In this document: one piece after another, positions 61,100-64,000 of the stretch | How positions within the stretch are numbered: position 1 is the stretch's first letter | Layout of the letters: each line of letters begins with the position of its first letter | NCBI GenBank assembly: GCA_049322955.1 | Contig: JBMOPU010000012.1 | Span: 472,150-536,149 of the forward strand | Length of the DNA stretch: 64,000 bases | Origin: Patescibacteria group bacterium | Lineage (GTDB): Bacteria > Patescibacteriota > Microgenomatia > UBA10105 > UBA927 | Direction of reading: 5' to 3' | Program-made: the position numbers and the translations under genes | The notes under the pieces: model-generated | Database searches by the model: none | What the model saw: only the letters and a program-made list of their open reading frames with translations | What the model was told of the DNA's origin: nothing

Positions 61100-61366
61100 A
61101 TGTTTAACCCGTTTAAAGCCTTAGGTGATGTCAATGCGATGCGCAAACAGGCGCTACAGATTCAGGCGGCATTGGAAGCAGAGGAATTTGAAGTTGTGAA
61201 AGGGAATGTGCGGATAGTGATTTCCGGAAATCAAAACGTGAAAACGGTTGAAATAGACGGCGTAGCCAACGATGATGTGAAAAACGCCTTAAACGAAGTC
61301 ATCAAAAAGAGCCAGCAGGCCGCCGCGATGAAACTTGCAGAAATTTCCAAAAACTTTCAGCAATAA
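61100..61366 (+). CDS. YbaB/EbfC nucleoid-associated protein
   Basis: QALQIQAAL, VRIVISGNQNV, ALNEVIKK; follows dnaX. Confidence 0.85.
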   Translation: MFNPFKALGDVNAMRKQALQIQAALEAEEFEVVKGNVRIVISGNQNVKTVEIDGVANDDVKNALNEVIKKSQQAAAMKLAEISKNFQQ

Positions 61367-61373
61367 TCGCGTT

Positions 61374-61440
61374 GTCTCCTGAGCTTGTTTCAGAATCCGT
61401 CCGGTAGTCTGGTGGATTCAGGCTCGGTGGTCGGAATGAT
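61374..61440. repeat. Degenerate REP/RPE-like palindromic element
   Basis: GTCTCCTGAGCTTGTTTCAGAATCC...GGATTCAGGCTCGGTGGTCGGAATGAT, same layout as 52506-52577. Confidence 0.45.
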
Positions 61441-61452
61441 CCGACGAAGTAT

Positions 61453-62394
61453 ATGAGGATAATCGTTACCGGATCGCTAGGGTACGACTACATCATGAAT
61501 TTTTCCGGCCGGTTTGCCGACCGGATTATGCCGGATAAACTGCATCAGATTTCCTTAAGTTTTCTTGCCGACAAACTTTCCAAAAACCTTGGGGGCACGG
61601 CGGGGAATCTTGCCTATACGCTCAAACTTCTCGGTGAAGAGCCCGTGATTCTTTCGTCCGCGGGTAATGATTTTACGGATTATCGTGATTTTCTGGAGAA
61701 ACACGGTATATCGCTTGAGGGGATTACCGTGGCAAACGACGAACCCTGCGGTTCCTATCATGTCATAACGGATAGCGACGATAACCAGATCGGTGCGTTT
61801 TATACCGGTGCGACAAAATATAACAAAAACCTTTCCCTCGAAAGTACCAAACAATCGGATTTTGTGGTGATCGGACCCAACGACCCGAAAGCAATGAAAA
61901 ATTTTGTAACCGAATGCATCAAGCGGAAATTCCGTTACATGTATGATCCCGCATTTCAGATAGGAAATTTTTCTCCGGAAGAGCTGAAAAGCGCGATTGA
62001 AAATGCAGAATTGGTTATCGGAAATGATTATGAGATAGCACTTATTGAGCAGAAATTGGAAATATCTCATGAGGAGCTTATTCTCATGGGACCCAAAGCG
62101 GTGATTACGACATTAGGTGCCAAAGGAGCGATTATCGAGACACGCCATGAGGCGATACATATAAAGCCCGCGAAAGCAAAAAATGTATCCGATCCGACCG
62201 GTGCGGGGGACGCATTCCGCGGCGGATTTCTTGCCGGGTATCTCAACGGTATGGATTTACCGGTTGCGGGACAGATGGGTGCGGTTGCGGCGGTCTATAC
62301 GGTGGAAAAATACGGTACCGTCACGCATCACTACTCGAAAGAACAATTCCGAAAACGGTACGAAGAAAATTATATGCTTCCGCTTCCGCTCTGA
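61453..62394 (+). CDS. PfkB family kinase, adenosine kinase-like
   Basis: VTGSLGYDYIMNF..ISLSFL, GGTAGNLAY, DPTGAGDAFRGG; next to ahcY. Confidence 0.85.
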   Translation: MRIIVTGSLGYDYIMNFSGRFADRIMPDKLHQISLSFLADKLSKNLGGTAGNLAYTLKLLGEEPVILSSAGNDFTDYRDFLEKHGISLEGITVANDEPCGSYHVITDSDDNQIGAFYTGATKYNKNLSLESTKQSDFVVIGPNDPKAMKNFVTECIKRKFRYMYDPAFQIGNFSPEELKSAIENAELVIGNDYEIALIEQKLEISHEELILMGPKAVITTLGAKGAIIETRHEAIHIKPAKAKNVSDPTGAGDAFRGGFLAGYLNGMDLPVAGQMGAVAAVYTVEKYGTVTHHYSKEQFRKRYEENYMLPLPL

Positions 62395-62395
62395 T

Positions 62396-62956
62396 ATGGA
62401 AACTTCACGTATCGTCAAAACATTTACGAGTAAAAAAGGAACGGAAGTAACGTTTCGGTACCCCTCTCCGACCGATTTTGACCGGCTGTGGTCATTTGCC
62501 TGCGATATCGGCGCGGAAGATACCTATGTTGCCCTGTCGGCGCCTCCCACCGAAGAGGAAGAGCGCACGTTTTTTGACGGGATGATACAGGATGTGACCA
62601 AGCGTGAGTCCGTGTATCTCCTCGCGTTTGTCGGCGATACGCTCATCGGCAACGGACGGGTAACCAGAGGGAAAGGAAGACATCACCACGTGGGAAATAT
62701 GGGAATTTCGCTTCGTGCGCCGTATCGGAACGAGGGGATTGGATTTGCCCTTATGCAATCACTTATTGACGAAGCGCGCGCCTTGGGATTACGATTGCTC
62801 ACGTTAACGTGCTTTGAAACAAACGCGCCGGCACTTCATGTCTATGAGAAGTTAGGGTTTCGGAAGGCAGGCGTGATACCGGAAGCGATCCGATTCAAAG
62901 AACAGTACGTCGGTGAAGTTCATTTATACCTGCCCCTTACCGAGAAAGAAAAATAA
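62396..62956 (+). CDS. GNAT acetyltransferase
   Basis: YRNEGIG, NAPALHVYEKLGF; ATG 62396. Confidence 0.88.
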   Translation: METSRIVKTFTSKKGTEVTFRYPSPTDFDRLWSFACDIGAEDTYVALSAPPTEEEERTFFDGMIQDVTKRESVYLLAFVGDTLIGNGRVTRGKGRHHHVGNMGISLRAPYRNEGIGFALMQSLIDEARALGLRLLTLTCFETNAPALHVYEKLGFRKAGVIPEAIRFKEQYVGEVHLYLPLTEKEK

Positions 62957-62964
62957 TCATATAA

Positions 62965-64000
<1,036 letters not shown>

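Overview
64 kb of an ordinary-looking, gene-dense chromosome (standard genetic code) from a Patescibacteria/CPR bacterium, most likely Microgenomates (OP11-type 16S primer-site substitutions, short EF-Ts, rpsB-tsf-frr-rseP without pyrH/uppS/cdsA, archaeal-type ProRS and AhcY). Left third: envelope and glycan genes (PBP2 end, eukaryote-type UDP-galactopyranose mutase-like flavoprotein, GT2s, PAP2s, uppP, three SGNH paralogues, two YfhO-like proteins), dprA-topA, a stand-alone 16S rRNA gene, tRNA-Cys and tRNA-Ile. Middle: nucleotide metabolism (two divergent CMP-kinase-like proteins, Nudix, dcd, an MtrA-like/ThyA/DUF4346 fusion, dNK, an N-glycosidase/Tmk fusion, Maf-like, glyA) and a glmS-nagB-mshA-like operon. 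Right: translation and replication housekeeping (rpsB, tsf, frr, rseP, csaA-proS, rpsU, ybeY, dnaX, ybaB, adoK, ahcY). The most interesting signals are non-coding. (1) A family of GNA-triloop/tandem-GA palindromes is tied to a small GIY-YIG gene, sits between duplicated tRNA ends (Ile 5' end; Cys 5' and 3' ends) and recurs inside a glmS ribozyme. (2) That glmS ribozyme is greatly expanded and carries wobble substitutions in its core. (3) A short-stem-I Pro T-box precedes csaA-proS. (4) The rpsB leader appears wired to a terminator/antiterminator. All calls come from manual reading and remembered family motifs; no database searches or folding programs were run.
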